Source: an uncultured virus (IMG/VR IMGVR_UViG_3300024255_000005)
Taxonomy: Duplodnaviria > Heunggongvirae > Uroviricota > Caudoviricetes
Length of the DNA: 64,000 nucleotides
Virus record (IMG/VR): IMGVR_UViG_3300024255_000005
Strand: one strand, 5' to 3'
Position numbers and translations under genes: made by a program. Below are positions 9,082 to 17,164 of this stretch, piece after piece; position 1 is the stretch's first letter; each line of letters begins with the position of its first letter. Under the pieces are notes generated by a model that worked only from the letters and a program-made list of their open reading frames with translations, ran no database searches and was not told the origin of the DNA.

Positions 9082-9379
9082 TTTACCGGATTTTGACGAA
9101 TGGGATAATTCAGATACCAATAGAAATAATCAAGAATTTGAAGTTAACAACAGTGTAGAATCAATCGCGTTTATTGAAAAATTGAAATCATCATCCAAAG
9201 AGATAATGATGGACTTAATTTATAAGGCTATAATTGAAAATGAAATGGGAGCATTAAACAATAATTCTCCTAAAGAAGAAAAAATAGCAGCACTAGAAAC
9301 GGTTATCAAATATTTCGCAGAACAAGAAGAATATGAAAGATGCCATGAACTTAAAAAAATCATAAGTAATATATGTTAA
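9074..9379 (+). CDS. Small protein with C-terminal UVR-like motif
   Basis: YFAEQEEYERCHELKK. Confidence 0.7.
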   Translation: MNDLPDFDEWDNSDTNRNNQEFEVNNSVESIAFIEKLKSSSKEIMMDLIYKAIIENEMGALNNNSPKEEKIAALETVIKYFAEQEEYERCHELKKIISNIC

Positions 9380-9570
9380 TAATTAATGTAGATAAAGGGA
9401 ATATAGAAAAAGCTTTAAAACAGTATAAGCGTAAAACCATTAAGACCAAACAGATGAAAAAGGTTAGAGATGAAAAGCAATATACGAAGCCCTCTGCATT
9501 AAAGAGACTTAAGTTCCAAAAGGCAATATATCTTCAAAAGAAATCTGACGCCGAAAACAAGGACAAGTAG
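9373..9570 (+). CDS. rpsU: Ribosomal protein bS21
   Basis: MLIINV..NIEKALKQYKRK...QYTKPS..KR...KAIY matches the Flavobacteriia-type bS21 pattern. Confidence 0.88.
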   Translation: MLIINVDKGNIEKALKQYKRKTIKTKQMKKVRDEKQYTKPSALKRLKFQKAIYLQKKSDAENKDK

Positions 9571-9634
9571 AAATATAATAACATATTTTTTTACTTCATT
9601 TTACCTTAGACCTTACCGGAATTAAATATATAAA

Positions 9635-9934
9635 TTGAGATTATTTATATCTCGATATAAAAAAATATACTTTGTAATGAAGGAATCTTTTAGTGATGAC
9701 AAAGACGCATTGATGAGATCAAGCTATTATACTATCACAAGAAATTTTACTAAAACCATTAATAGATTTGTTGTATTCAGCGAAGGCAAGAATACGATAG
9801 AAATCCCTCATGGCGAAGGACAAAGAAGCAAGTTCATAGATATTATTATAGAATATTTTGAAGAACTTGAGGAGTATGAAAAATGTGATACGTTATTGCA
9901 GCTTAAAAAAACGGTAATAATGGCAGGAGACTAA
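9635..9934 (+). CDS. Small protein with C-terminal UVR-like motif (true start may be a downstream ATG, MKESFS)
   Basis: YFEELEEYEKCDTL. Confidence 0.65.
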   Translation: MRLFISRYKKIYFVMKESFSDDKDALMRSSYYTITRNFTKTINRFVVFSEGKNTIEIPHGEGQRSKFIDIIIEYFEELEEYEKCDTLLQLKKTVIMAGD

Positions 9935-9948
9935 AAAAATTAAACTCA

Positions 9949-10677
9949 ATGAGCAGAAACAATTCAAACAATAAATCTTCATCTAGTTCCGATGTACCTA
10001 GAAGAAGAAGATACGGAATAAAAGAAGCAGAATTAAAAGGAGTACAATTAAGACAATCCCAAAAGAAATATACAAACACAATACTAGAGAATCAGATAAC
10101 GTTTTGCACAGGTCCAGCTGGAACATCCAAAACATTTACAGCATGTTATACTGCACTTCTCCTCTTAGCTAGAAAAGAGATTTCACAAATAGTATTATGT
10201 AAACCCATCCAGGAAGCAGGTGAAAAGTTAGGATTTTTACCAGGAGATATCGCAGACAAGATAGATCCATTCATGCAATCATACATATCGAACATTACAA
10301 AAATAGTAGGAGCTGAAATAGCACAAACTCTCGTAGAGAAAGAAGTTATTGTATTTAGACCAATGGCATATATGAGAGGTGATACGTTTGACGGATCGTT
10401 AATGGTATTAGATGAGGCACAGAATGCTACGTTTAAGCAGTTAATGTTATTTGTAACAAGAATGGGTAAAGACTCTAAGGTTATAGTAACTGGAGACGTT
10501 AGTCAACATGATATATCTAAAGCCAATGTTGGTTTACCTTCGTTTACTGAATTAATGACAGGTATTAAAGGAATAGGTGTGCATGAATTTACTGAAAAAG
10601 ATATTGTTAGAGCAAAGATCCTTCAAGAAGTCGTAAAGAGATATGACAAGTGGAAGGAAAACCACGAGCCTAAATAA
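9949..10677 (+). CDS. phoH: PhoH-family ATPase
   Basis: GPAGTSKT, GEKLGFLPG, YMRGDTF, LDEAQN and GDVSQHD. Confidence 0.93.
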   Translation: MSRNNSNNKSSSSSDVPRRRRYGIKEAELKGVQLRQSQKKYTNTILENQITFCTGPAGTSKTFTACYTALLLLARKEISQIVLCKPIQEAGEKLGFLPGDIADKIDPFMQSYISNITKIVGAEIAQTLVEKEVIVFRPMAYMRGDTFDGSLMVLDEAQNATFKQLMLFVTRMGKDSKVIVTGDVSQHDISKANVGLPSFTELMTGIKGIGVHEFTEKDIVRAKILQEVVKRYDKWKENHEPK

Positions 10678-10701
10678 ACATTTCACCAAACGTGTGTATA
10701 A
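10676..10701 (+). promoter_or_regulatory. Putative middle-type promoter AAAC-N16-GTATAA
   Basis: Conserved motif and spacer. Confidence 0.7.
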
Positions 10702-10718
10702 CTCCTATAAAACTTAAT

Positions 10719-11348
10719 ATGGAGAAAGCAAAACACATCTTACTTAAAGGAAGTTATAATGACGATAGAAATATCGTCGAAGTTGGAATAGACGAAGCAG
10801 GCCGAGGTGCCTTAGCAGGTCCAGTCACTGTATCTGCTGTTATTATGCCACATGGATTTAATCACCCTTTAATAAAAGATTCTAAATTACTAAATGAATC
10901 TCAAAGAAAAGAAGCGAGAGAAATAGTGTTAGATAACGCAATTGCGTATAGTGTTCAGCATATAGATATTGAAACAATAGAATCCACTAACATATTAAAG
11001 GCTACTCTTTTAGGAATGAAAGAATGTCTAAACACTATTGACAATTCATTTAATTTCATATTAGTAGATGGAGATCAATTTCACGGATATGAAGGAATAC
11101 CTTTTAAAACCGTAATAGGTGGAGATAATAAATATAGTTCTATTGCCGCTGCATCTATACTTGCTAAAACAAGTAGAGATATGCTGATGAAAGAATTAGA
11201 TGAAGAAACTCCAGGGTATGGATGGAATTCCAATAAAGGATATGGAACAAAACAACATATAACTGCAATAAAGGAAATGGGATCTAGTGATGTACACAGG
11301 CCTTCTTTTATATCACATCTATTAACTACTACTAATTCATTATTCTAA
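10719..11348 (+). CDS. rnhB: Ribonuclease HII
   Basis: GIDEAGRGALAGPV, DSKLL, ILVDG, IAAASILAK, NKGYGT and HRPSF. Start moved to ATG 10719. Confidence 0.93.
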   Translation: MEKAKHILLKGSYNDDRNIVEVGIDEAGRGALAGPVTVSAVIMPHGFNHPLIKDSKLLNESQRKEAREIVLDNAIAYSVQHIDIETIESTNILKATLLGMKECLNTIDNSFNFILVDGDQFHGYEGIPFKTVIGGDNKYSSIAAASILAKTSRDMLMKELDEETPGYGWNSNKGYGTKQHITAIKEMGSSDVHRPSFISHLLTTTNSLF

Positions 11349-11689
11349 TGAAACTTTTTTACGGCTTTTTATTATTTCTCTTAGGGCAAGGACTTATTTG
11401 GATTCAAACTAACGGTCAATTCGTATGGCCCTGGTTTAAGAAAAACCCATGGCCAGTTGCCATTGGAATGGGTTCTATTATTAGTTACATTTTAATTAAA
11501 GCAACGCAAATGGTTGTTGAACACTTTGATGGTTTACTTTGGCCTGGAAGATTCATAGGTTTTGCTAGTGGTATTCTTATATTTACTGCTATGACTTATT
11601 ACTTTATGAATGAGGGTATCACAGCGAAGACCGGAGTGTCTCTATTATTAACCCTTATTTTAATATCGATACAAATACTATGGAAATAA
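11348..11689 (+). CDS. Small four-helix membrane protein (SMR/DMT-like size)
   Basis: Four hydrophobic segments in 113 aa. Confidence 0.65.
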   Translation: MKLFYGFLLFLLGQGLIWIQTNGQFVWPWFKKNPWPVAIGMGSIISYILIKATQMVVEHFDGLLWPGRFIGFASGILIFTAMTYYFMNEGITAKTGVSLLLTLILISIQILWK

Positions 11690-12405
11690 ATTCAGTTACA
11701 GTTGTTCTTACCTCATGTGGAAGAGTTGATCTTTTAGAAAAAACACTAGACTCTTTTTTTAAATTCAACACGTATCCAATTGAAAGATTTATTATAACAG
11801 AGGACTCTGCACAGGAAGAAGTATTTGCTGCATGTAATGAGCTTAATAAGAAGTATAATAACTCTTTAGAGTTTATGTTTAATGAAAATAAACTAGGACA
11901 GTCTAAGTCAATAGATAAAGCGTACTCTACTGTAACTACTAAATACGTTTTTCATTGTGAAGAAGATTGGGAATTCTATAGGCGCGGATTTATCGAAGAT
12001 TCTATTAGAATTCTCTCTGCCAGTGAAAAAATATTACAAGCATGGATACGCCCAAAGAACGATAGGATTTTAAATAAAATATCTGAAAGAGTATTTGAAT
12101 TAAATGGAATGAAAGTTAGAGCTGTTCTTCCTGCTAGTTTTTCGACAGGAGACATGAACGAGGACGGTACGCCTATGATAGTCAGGGATTATATGGGATT
12201 TAGCTGGAATCCAGGCCTAAAACGAATTAGTGACTATAGACTATTAAATAACGGGTACACGGGAATGGTTAGAGAACATCTTGTAGATCACTGGTATAGA
12301 GATCAGGGTTTTATAGTTGTTAGTTTATCAGTGGATGATAATGATGGATATGTTAAACACATTGGATGGGATAGAAGAGCTGGAGATCCTGGATTCGTAG
12401 GATAG
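11680..12405 (+). CDS. GT-A fold (family 2-like) glycosyltransferase
   Basis: VVLTSCGRVDLLEKTLDSF, ITEDS, YVFHCEEDWEF and HIG. Confidence 0.75.
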   Translation: MEINSVTVVLTSCGRVDLLEKTLDSFFKFNTYPIERFIITEDSAQEEVFAACNELNKKYNNSLEFMFNENKLGQSKSIDKAYSTVTTKYVFHCEEDWEFYRRGFIEDSIRILSASEKILQAWIRPKNDRILNKISERVFELNGMKVRAVLPASFSTGDMNEDGTPMIVRDYMGFSWNPGLKRISDYRLLNNGYTGMVREHLVDHWYRDQGFIVVSLSVDDNDGYVKHIGWDRRAGDPGFVG

Positions 12406-12412
12406 ATATATA
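12405..12412 (+). promoter_or_regulatory. Putative late promoter GATATATA, 4 nt before ATG
   Basis: Recurrent motif. Confidence 0.65.
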
Positions 12413-12416
12413 GAGT

Positions 12417-12974
12417 ATGAAACATCTAATAACATTCGAAAAGTATTACGCGTATAACGATTTCAAAAAGAACTGGGGTTCTCCTGACGAAATGAAACAG
12501 GAAGTTGAATGGATTATGGCAAGATTATTACCTAAGGAAGATATGCTTAAAAGCATTGAAGATCTTTCAACTGACAAGGGTATTAAATTTGAAATCAAAT
12601 TATCTTCTAAAGATACAATCCACATGTTTAAGGTGAGTGGATGGAGAATGCAAGAAAATGAAGGATGGGAATATTACTACAACAAAAAGAAGATTATTTA
12701 TAGAAAGTTAAAAAATCAATTAGAGAAAGAAATCTTATCTGATCTAGATTTATTCTTAAAATATTTTAAATCTTATGATTTCTATTATCAATATATCGAT
12801 GATGGAGGACAATATAAAGCTGCTCAAAGTAATAACAACTCTATCGTTGATAGGTTTAATAATTTATCATCTTCTGATAAAAAGAAAGCTAAAAAAGAAT
12901 TAGTAAAGCATTTTAAAGCTTCTTATAAAGATAAGAAAATTCTTGATTTAGTAAACTCTACGTTTAAATCGTAG
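12417..12974 (+). CDS. Hypothetical protein with capsid-targeting-like N-terminus
   Basis: MKHLITFEKY; flanked by a late motif and a terminator. Confidence 0.7.
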   Translation: MKHLITFEKYYAYNDFKKNWGSPDEMKQEVEWIMARLLPKEDMLKSIEDLSTDKGIKFEIKLSSKDTIHMFKVSGWRMQENEGWEYYYNKKKIIYRKLKNQLEKEILSDLDLFLKYFKSYDFYYQYIDDGGQYKAAQSNNNSIVDRFNNLSSSDKKKAKKELVKHFKASYKDKKILDLVNSTFKS

Positions 12975-12986
12975 CTCTTTAAAAAT

Positions 12987-13009
12987 AACCCGAACTTATC
13001 GGGTTTTTT
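12987..13009 (+). terminator. Rho-independent terminator
   Basis: AACCCGA-ACTTA-TCGGGTT followed by a T run. Confidence 0.75.
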
Positions 13010-13012
13010 ACT

Positions 13013-13609
13013 ATGACTATTTACGTAGCACCACCGAGAGGAATTAAAGAAAAGGAGTCAATTCGACTCTGGCTTTCTCATTACAATCACGAAATAATAT
13101 GGCTAGATCTTAGACGCAAAGTCAAAGGACCTTTACTACTATGTGGAGGAGCAGACATTGGAAAGGACGAAGAAAGAGATGCTAGGGAATTCGTATGGAT
13201 TAAGCAGGCTCTAGATTCTAATAATAGAATATTAGGAATATGTAGAGGAATGCAAATCCTAAATCATTATTTTGGAGGAAAGGTAGAAGATTTATCTGAT
13301 GCAATAGTAGAAGATCATAAAGCAGCTGACTTTTCAGAAGACGTTGATCATAGCGGAAAGCCATCTCAATTCCATACGGTTGAAGATTTAAATGGAACGT
13401 TAACTAACGTTAATTCTAGACACCATCAATATTGTAGTATACTAGCTAAAAACTTCAAAGCTACACATCTTTCATATCCACTATATTCTGTAGTTGAAGG
13501 ATTCGAAGACTTAGATAAAAAGATATGGGCAGTTCAATGGCATCCTGAAAAGATGGATTCAGAAGATAACGAATATCCTTTAGGTAAACTGTACCATAAG
13601 TTTTTGTAA
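13013..13609 (+). CDS. Class I glutamine amidotransferase-like / peptidase C26 (gamma-glutamyl hydrolase type)
   Basis: LLLCGGADI, ILGICRGMQILN, VNSRHHQ and VQWHPE. Confidence 0.88.
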   Translation: MTIYVAPPRGIKEKESIRLWLSHYNHEIIWLDLRRKVKGPLLLCGGADIGKDEERDAREFVWIKQALDSNNRILGICRGMQILNHYFGGKVEDLSDAIVEDHKAADFSEDVDHSGKPSQFHTVEDLNGTLTNVNSRHHQYCSILAKNFKATHLSYPLYSVVEGFEDLDKKIWAVQWHPEKMDSEDNEYPLGKLYHKFL

Positions 13610-13639
13610 TAACTTCTGGTTATAACCAAAAGTTTTTTG

Positions 13640-13698
13640 AAAATAAACAGCTAAAAGTTTTTTTATCTCAGATTTTTTGCTTATATTAGTATAGTAAT
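13640..13698 (+). promoter_or_regulatory. 59-bp conserved intergenic repeat, copy 2 (putative early promoter)
   Basis: See copy 1. Confidence 0.8.
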
Positions 13699-13714
13699 CA
13701 ATCAAGCAATAATA

Positions 13715-13939
13715 ATGATCAGAAAAAAACTTCACAAACATCAATCAAATCCTGTAATAATCGACTTAACGGGTCCTGAAGGAAATGCCTTCATGCTATT
13801 AGCCTACGCAAAAAGTTTTTCAAAAGATCTTGGAAAGGATTGGGAAACTCTTTATTCTCAAATGACAGGAGGAGACTATGAAAATCTTATTAAGGTATTT
13901 GACGAAGCGTTTGGAGATTTTGTAATCTTAGAAAGGTAA
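13715..13939 (+). CDS. Small hypothetical phage protein
   Basis: IDLTGPEGNAF motif; directly follows the repeat. Confidence 0.75.
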   Translation: MIRKKLHKHQSNPVIIDLTGPEGNAFMLLAYAKSFSKDLGKDWETLYSQMTGGDYENLIKVFDEAFGDFVILER

Positions 13940-14076
13940 TGGAAAACAAGGGTAAGAAATTAAAAGAAGTAAATTTAACATTACAAGAGTGGCTTGATGC
14001 CCTTCGTATGCCTACTCCTGTGAGAAACAAGAAAAAGTATCGAAGAAAGAATAAGCATAAAAATAAAGAAGATTAA
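13939..14076 (+). CDS. 45-aa basic peptide not in the ORF track (ArfA-like C-terminal motif)
   Basis: TAATG coupling to the upstream stop; MENKGKKLKEVNLTLQEWLDALRMPTPVRNKKKYRRKNKHKNKED. Confidence 0.65.
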   Translation: MENKGKKLKEVNLTLQEWLDALRMPTPVRNKKKYRRKNKHKNKED

Positions 14077-14134
14077 AAATAAACAGTAAAATGTTTTTTT
14101 ATCTCAAGTATTTTGCTTATATTAGTATAGTAAT
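14076..14134 (+). promoter_or_regulatory. 59-bp conserved intergenic repeat, copy 3 (putative early promoter)
   Basis: See copy 1. Confidence 0.8.
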
Positions 14135-14153
14135 TAATAATTAAAACAAACAC

Positions 14154-14567
14154 ATGAAATTAGAATCAATCAAAGCAAACGGAATTAGTTGGTATGAACC
14201 TGCAAAATCTATTATCCCACATCTCACTACTCAAATTGGAATCTTTAAAATGAGACATCCAGAAAAGGATATTTTCGAAAAGTTCGGAGATGGCGAATAC
14301 TTTTCAGGAAGGCGATTTAACGATAACGGTGATGTAGCAATTAGAATTGGTGGAGCAATTGTTAGACAAGCACAGGAAGAATACATTTATTCTAACATGG
14401 GTCGCAATTCAATGACATCTGAGGAAACTCTTCCTCTTTTAGAAGGTATCATTAGCGCATGGTTCGACACTCTCTCCGCTTCTGAAATTGATATGCTTAT
14501 TGTCGACGGACTTAAGTGTTGTGCAGAAACAGATCATTGGTACGAATTTGAAAAGCAGTGGGACTAA
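14154..14567 (+). CDS. Hypothetical protein
   Basis: ORF directly after the repeat. Confidence 0.7.
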   Translation: MKLESIKANGISWYEPAKSIIPHLTTQIGIFKMRHPEKDIFEKFGDGEYFSGRRFNDNGDVAIRIGGAIVRQAQEEYIYSNMGRNSMTSEETLPLLEGIISAWFDTLSASEIDMLIVDGLKCCAETDHWYEFEKQWD

Positions 14568-14800
14568 TGATTTCAATGTACGAGCGCATTGCTAGAATCG
14601 AAGGCACGACTCATGTCGTACGAATAGAAGACAGTGTAGTATACAGACAAAATGGATATGAAGTAATTGGTGACAATCTGTTTGTTCAGACGGAAGACCG
14701 ATTACTTTTTATGGATTTCGATGTATTTACGTTAGAAGAAGCATGTATGGCCGAACGAGCGGTCAAAGAAGTAAAAAAGAAACTTAATACAAACTCTTAA
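14567..14800 (+). CDS. Hypothetical protein
   Basis: TAATG-coupled ATG at 14567. Confidence 0.6.
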   Translation: MISMYERIARIEGTTHVVRIEDSVVYRQNGYEVIGDNLFVQTEDRLLFMDFDVFTLEEACMAERAVKEVKKKLNTNS

Positions 14801-14810
14801 TATAAAATAT

Positions 14811-15743
14811 ATGGCAGCAGACTACGGGTATTGTTGTATCAACATGACTCTTAAAAAAGAATCGAACATATATGTTGGTAGAAAAATGATTAAAAGAACC
14901 TTCATGGAAAAAGGTATTAAATACGCATCAGAACTTGCAGTGTTAAATATCAAGGACATGATAGAAATTATCAAGTGGAATTACAAGAACGACATAACAA
15001 TGTATCGTATGTCAAGTAATCTATTTCCATGGATGTCGGAATACGAATTATCTGAACTTCCTGATTATGACAAAGTGTGTAATCTAATGAAAGGTGCAGG
15101 TAAACTTGCTAAGCAATATGGGCAACGATTGACATTCCATCCGGGTCCTTTCAATGTTCTTGCTTCTCCGAATGAAAAGGTAGTTATCAAAGCCCTTAAA
15201 GATTTACGTCAACATGGCGAAATAATGGATATGCTAGATTTACCGCAAACTCCTTATGCTGCTATCAATATTCACATTGGCGGAACTTACGACGATAAAG
15301 AAGCTACTAAGAAAAGGTTTGCTGAAAATTTCAAGCGACTTACTCCAGGTGCAGCAAACCGTCTAGTTATCGAAAACGATGACAAAACAGCACAATATTC
15401 TGTACAGGATTTATATGACATACATCTTCTTACACGGAAGACGCCTATTACGTTCGATTATCACCATCACTGGTGTTACGAAGATCCAATGCCAGAAAAA
15501 GAAGCTCTAGAACTTGCTGCTAAATCATGGCCTACAGGAATTCGCCAACTATGCCATTATTCTTCATGTAAACAAATACACGAAGATGCTACACAGGGCA
15601 ACAAACGTGCTCATGCCGATTATGTATATGACCATATTGAAACGTATGGCATGGATCTAGATATTGAACTAGAAGCAAAGGCGAAAGAACTTGCTCTCCA
15701 AAGATATAAGAAAGAGTTTTTAAAGGAACTCGTTCTATCATAG
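14811..15743 (+). CDS. uvsE: UV DNA damage endonuclease (UvsE/UVDE)
   Basis: GYCCIN, YRMSS, RLTFHPG, INIHIGG, LVIENDD, FDYHHH, HAD and EAKAKE. Confidence 0.92.
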   Translation: MAADYGYCCINMTLKKESNIYVGRKMIKRTFMEKGIKYASELAVLNIKDMIEIIKWNYKNDITMYRMSSNLFPWMSEYELSELPDYDKVCNLMKGAGKLAKQYGQRLTFHPGPFNVLASPNEKVVIKALKDLRQHGEIMDMLDLPQTPYAAINIHIGGTYDDKEATKKRFAENFKRLTPGAANRLVIENDDKTAQYSVQDLYDIHLLTRKTPITFDYHHHWCYEDPMPEKEALELAAKSWPTGIRQLCHYSSCKQIHEDATQGNKRAHADYVYDHIETYGMDLDIELEAKAKELALQRYKKEFLKELVLS

Positions 15744-15750
15744 ATATATA
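15743..15750 (+). promoter_or_regulatory. Putative late promoter GATATATA, 4 nt before ATG
   Basis: Recurrent motif. Confidence 0.65.
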
Positions 15751-15754
15751 AGTT

Positions 15755-16294
15755 ATGAAGTTTATTAAAACATTTGAAGATTGGAATGGAGTTTCTCCAG
15801 AATTAAAGGCTCATGTTGAAGAAGGATTAGATCTTACTAATTCATTCTTTCGTTTAGGAAGTGATGCATACTCTAAATTGTTTGAAGAAGTAAAACAATA
15901 TTGGGATAAAAACAATATTATTTTAAAGGGTCCATCCGGATGGATGGCTAAGAACCTAGAAGTAGGAACTAAAGCAGTATATAAGCCAAGAGGAGGAAAT
16001 CAAAAGAATGTAAAACTAGATTCACCTGAACGAGGTGGCAATAAGAAGTTTATAGTATTTAGAAATAGTGGAAGAACTGATAAAGAAGGAAACATCATTG
16101 CTAAGAAATTAGAATGGGGAGATCCATCTTCTACTATTAAGAATGATGATCCGGGAAGAGCTGCAAATTTCTGGGCAAGACACGGTTGTGATAAAATGGA
16201 GAAGATGGATCCTACTAAAGCAGGATTTTGGGCTTGTTACGGACCTACTCTTTTTGGAAAACAAATAGGAATAAAAAGCGACCAACCATGGTAA
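15755..16294 (+). CDS. Hypothetical phage protein with capsid-targeting-like N-terminus
   Basis: MKFIKTFEDW; C-terminal WGDP...FWARHGC...AGFWAC domain. Confidence 0.75.
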   Translation: MKFIKTFEDWNGVSPELKAHVEEGLDLTNSFFRLGSDAYSKLFEEVKQYWDKNNIILKGPSGWMAKNLEVGTKAVYKPRGGNQKNVKLDSPERGGNKKFIVFRNSGRTDKEGNIIAKKLEWGDPSSTIKNDDPGRAANFWARHGCDKMEKMDPTKAGFWACYGPTLFGKQIGIKSDQPW

Positions 16295-16632
16295 ATAAAG
16301 ATTGTAAATGTAAAAGTTGTGGATGTGGTAAAATGTCAATGGATGAAATGATTTCCATGGTCGATGATCAAACACTTCCTTTTACTGAAACAATTATATC
16401 AGAAAATGTAATCATTAGAGAATTCCTACCAAATCAACCAGAACATCTTTTTAAATGGCACTTCGATGAGGAAGATAGAATTATAGAAGCCTTAAACGAA
16501 AATGATTGGAAGTTCCAATATGATAATAAGCTCCCTATAGAATTAAAAGGATATATAGAAGTAAATGCAGGAGAGTATCATAGAATTATACAGGGTACTT
16601 CTTCTTTGAAAATACAAATAACTAAAAGATGA
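16288..16632 (+). CDS. Cupin-like hypothetical protein with Cys-rich N-terminus
   Basis: CKCKSCGC; WHFDEEDR...GEYHRII. Start moved to ATG 16288. Confidence 0.6.
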   Translation: MVNKDCKCKSCGCGKMSMDEMISMVDDQTLPFTETIISENVIIREFLPNQPEHLFKWHFDEEDRIIEALNENDWKFQYDNKLPIELKGYIEVNAGEYHRIIQGTSSLKIQITKR

Positions 16633-17111
16633 AACATATAAAGCTATTTGAATCCTTTGTAAACGACAAAGAAATTTCTACATGGGAAAAAGAGTTTGGT
16701 AAATTACCAATTCCTAAGAAAATTAAGGATATATCTAAAGAAATGGCTAAGGCCGGTTTTATTAGAAAAGATACGAAATCTGTTCAAGCCAAATTATGGA
16801 TTGGATTAGAAGGAATTTCATGGATAGAAATGAAAGAAAAGTTCGGAGATATAGTAGGTAAATTCTACGGTGGACAATTCTATCAGGCAATGACAAATCC
16901 TATGGCTGAAAAATCTGCGTATTATGCGTATGAAGTTTCTAAACATGTAGAAGATCTGGTTGCGAATGATGAAAGTATCGAACCTGCGTATTATATGATG
17001 AAAAATTACTTTAATTCATTTGAATTAAAAATTGATAGAAACAAGGTATTCGATAGAGCAGTTAGCGAGCTAGAAGCCTGGATGAAACAAAATAAGATTA
17101 ATACCCTATAA
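16629..17111 (+). CDS. Hypothetical protein with capsid-targeting-like N-terminus
   Basis: MKHIKLFESFVND. Confidence 0.75.
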   Translation: MKHIKLFESFVNDKEISTWEKEFGKLPIPKKIKDISKEMAKAGFIRKDTKSVQAKLWIGLEGISWIEMKEKFGDIVGKFYGGQFYQAMTNPMAEKSAYYAYEVSKHVEDLVANDESIEPAYYMMKNYFNSFELKIDRNKVFDRAVSELEAWMKQNKINTL

Positions 17112-17116
17112 AAAGG

Positions 17117-17124
17117 GATATATA
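17117..17124 (+). promoter_or_regulatory. Putative late promoter GATATATA
   Basis: Recurrent motif. Confidence 0.6.
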
Positions 17125-17164
17125 GATAGTAATTAACACAATAAAACAAATAAAATAAAAAATT

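Noticed and set aside
9642..9649. Minus-strand TATAAATA pointing towards rpsU
   Set aside because: It is a single all-AT octamer in very AT-rich DNA with no supporting evidence.
7764..14134. CRISPR array interpretation of the 59-bp repeats
   Set aside because: The copies are separated by whole genes, not spacers, and no cas genes are present.
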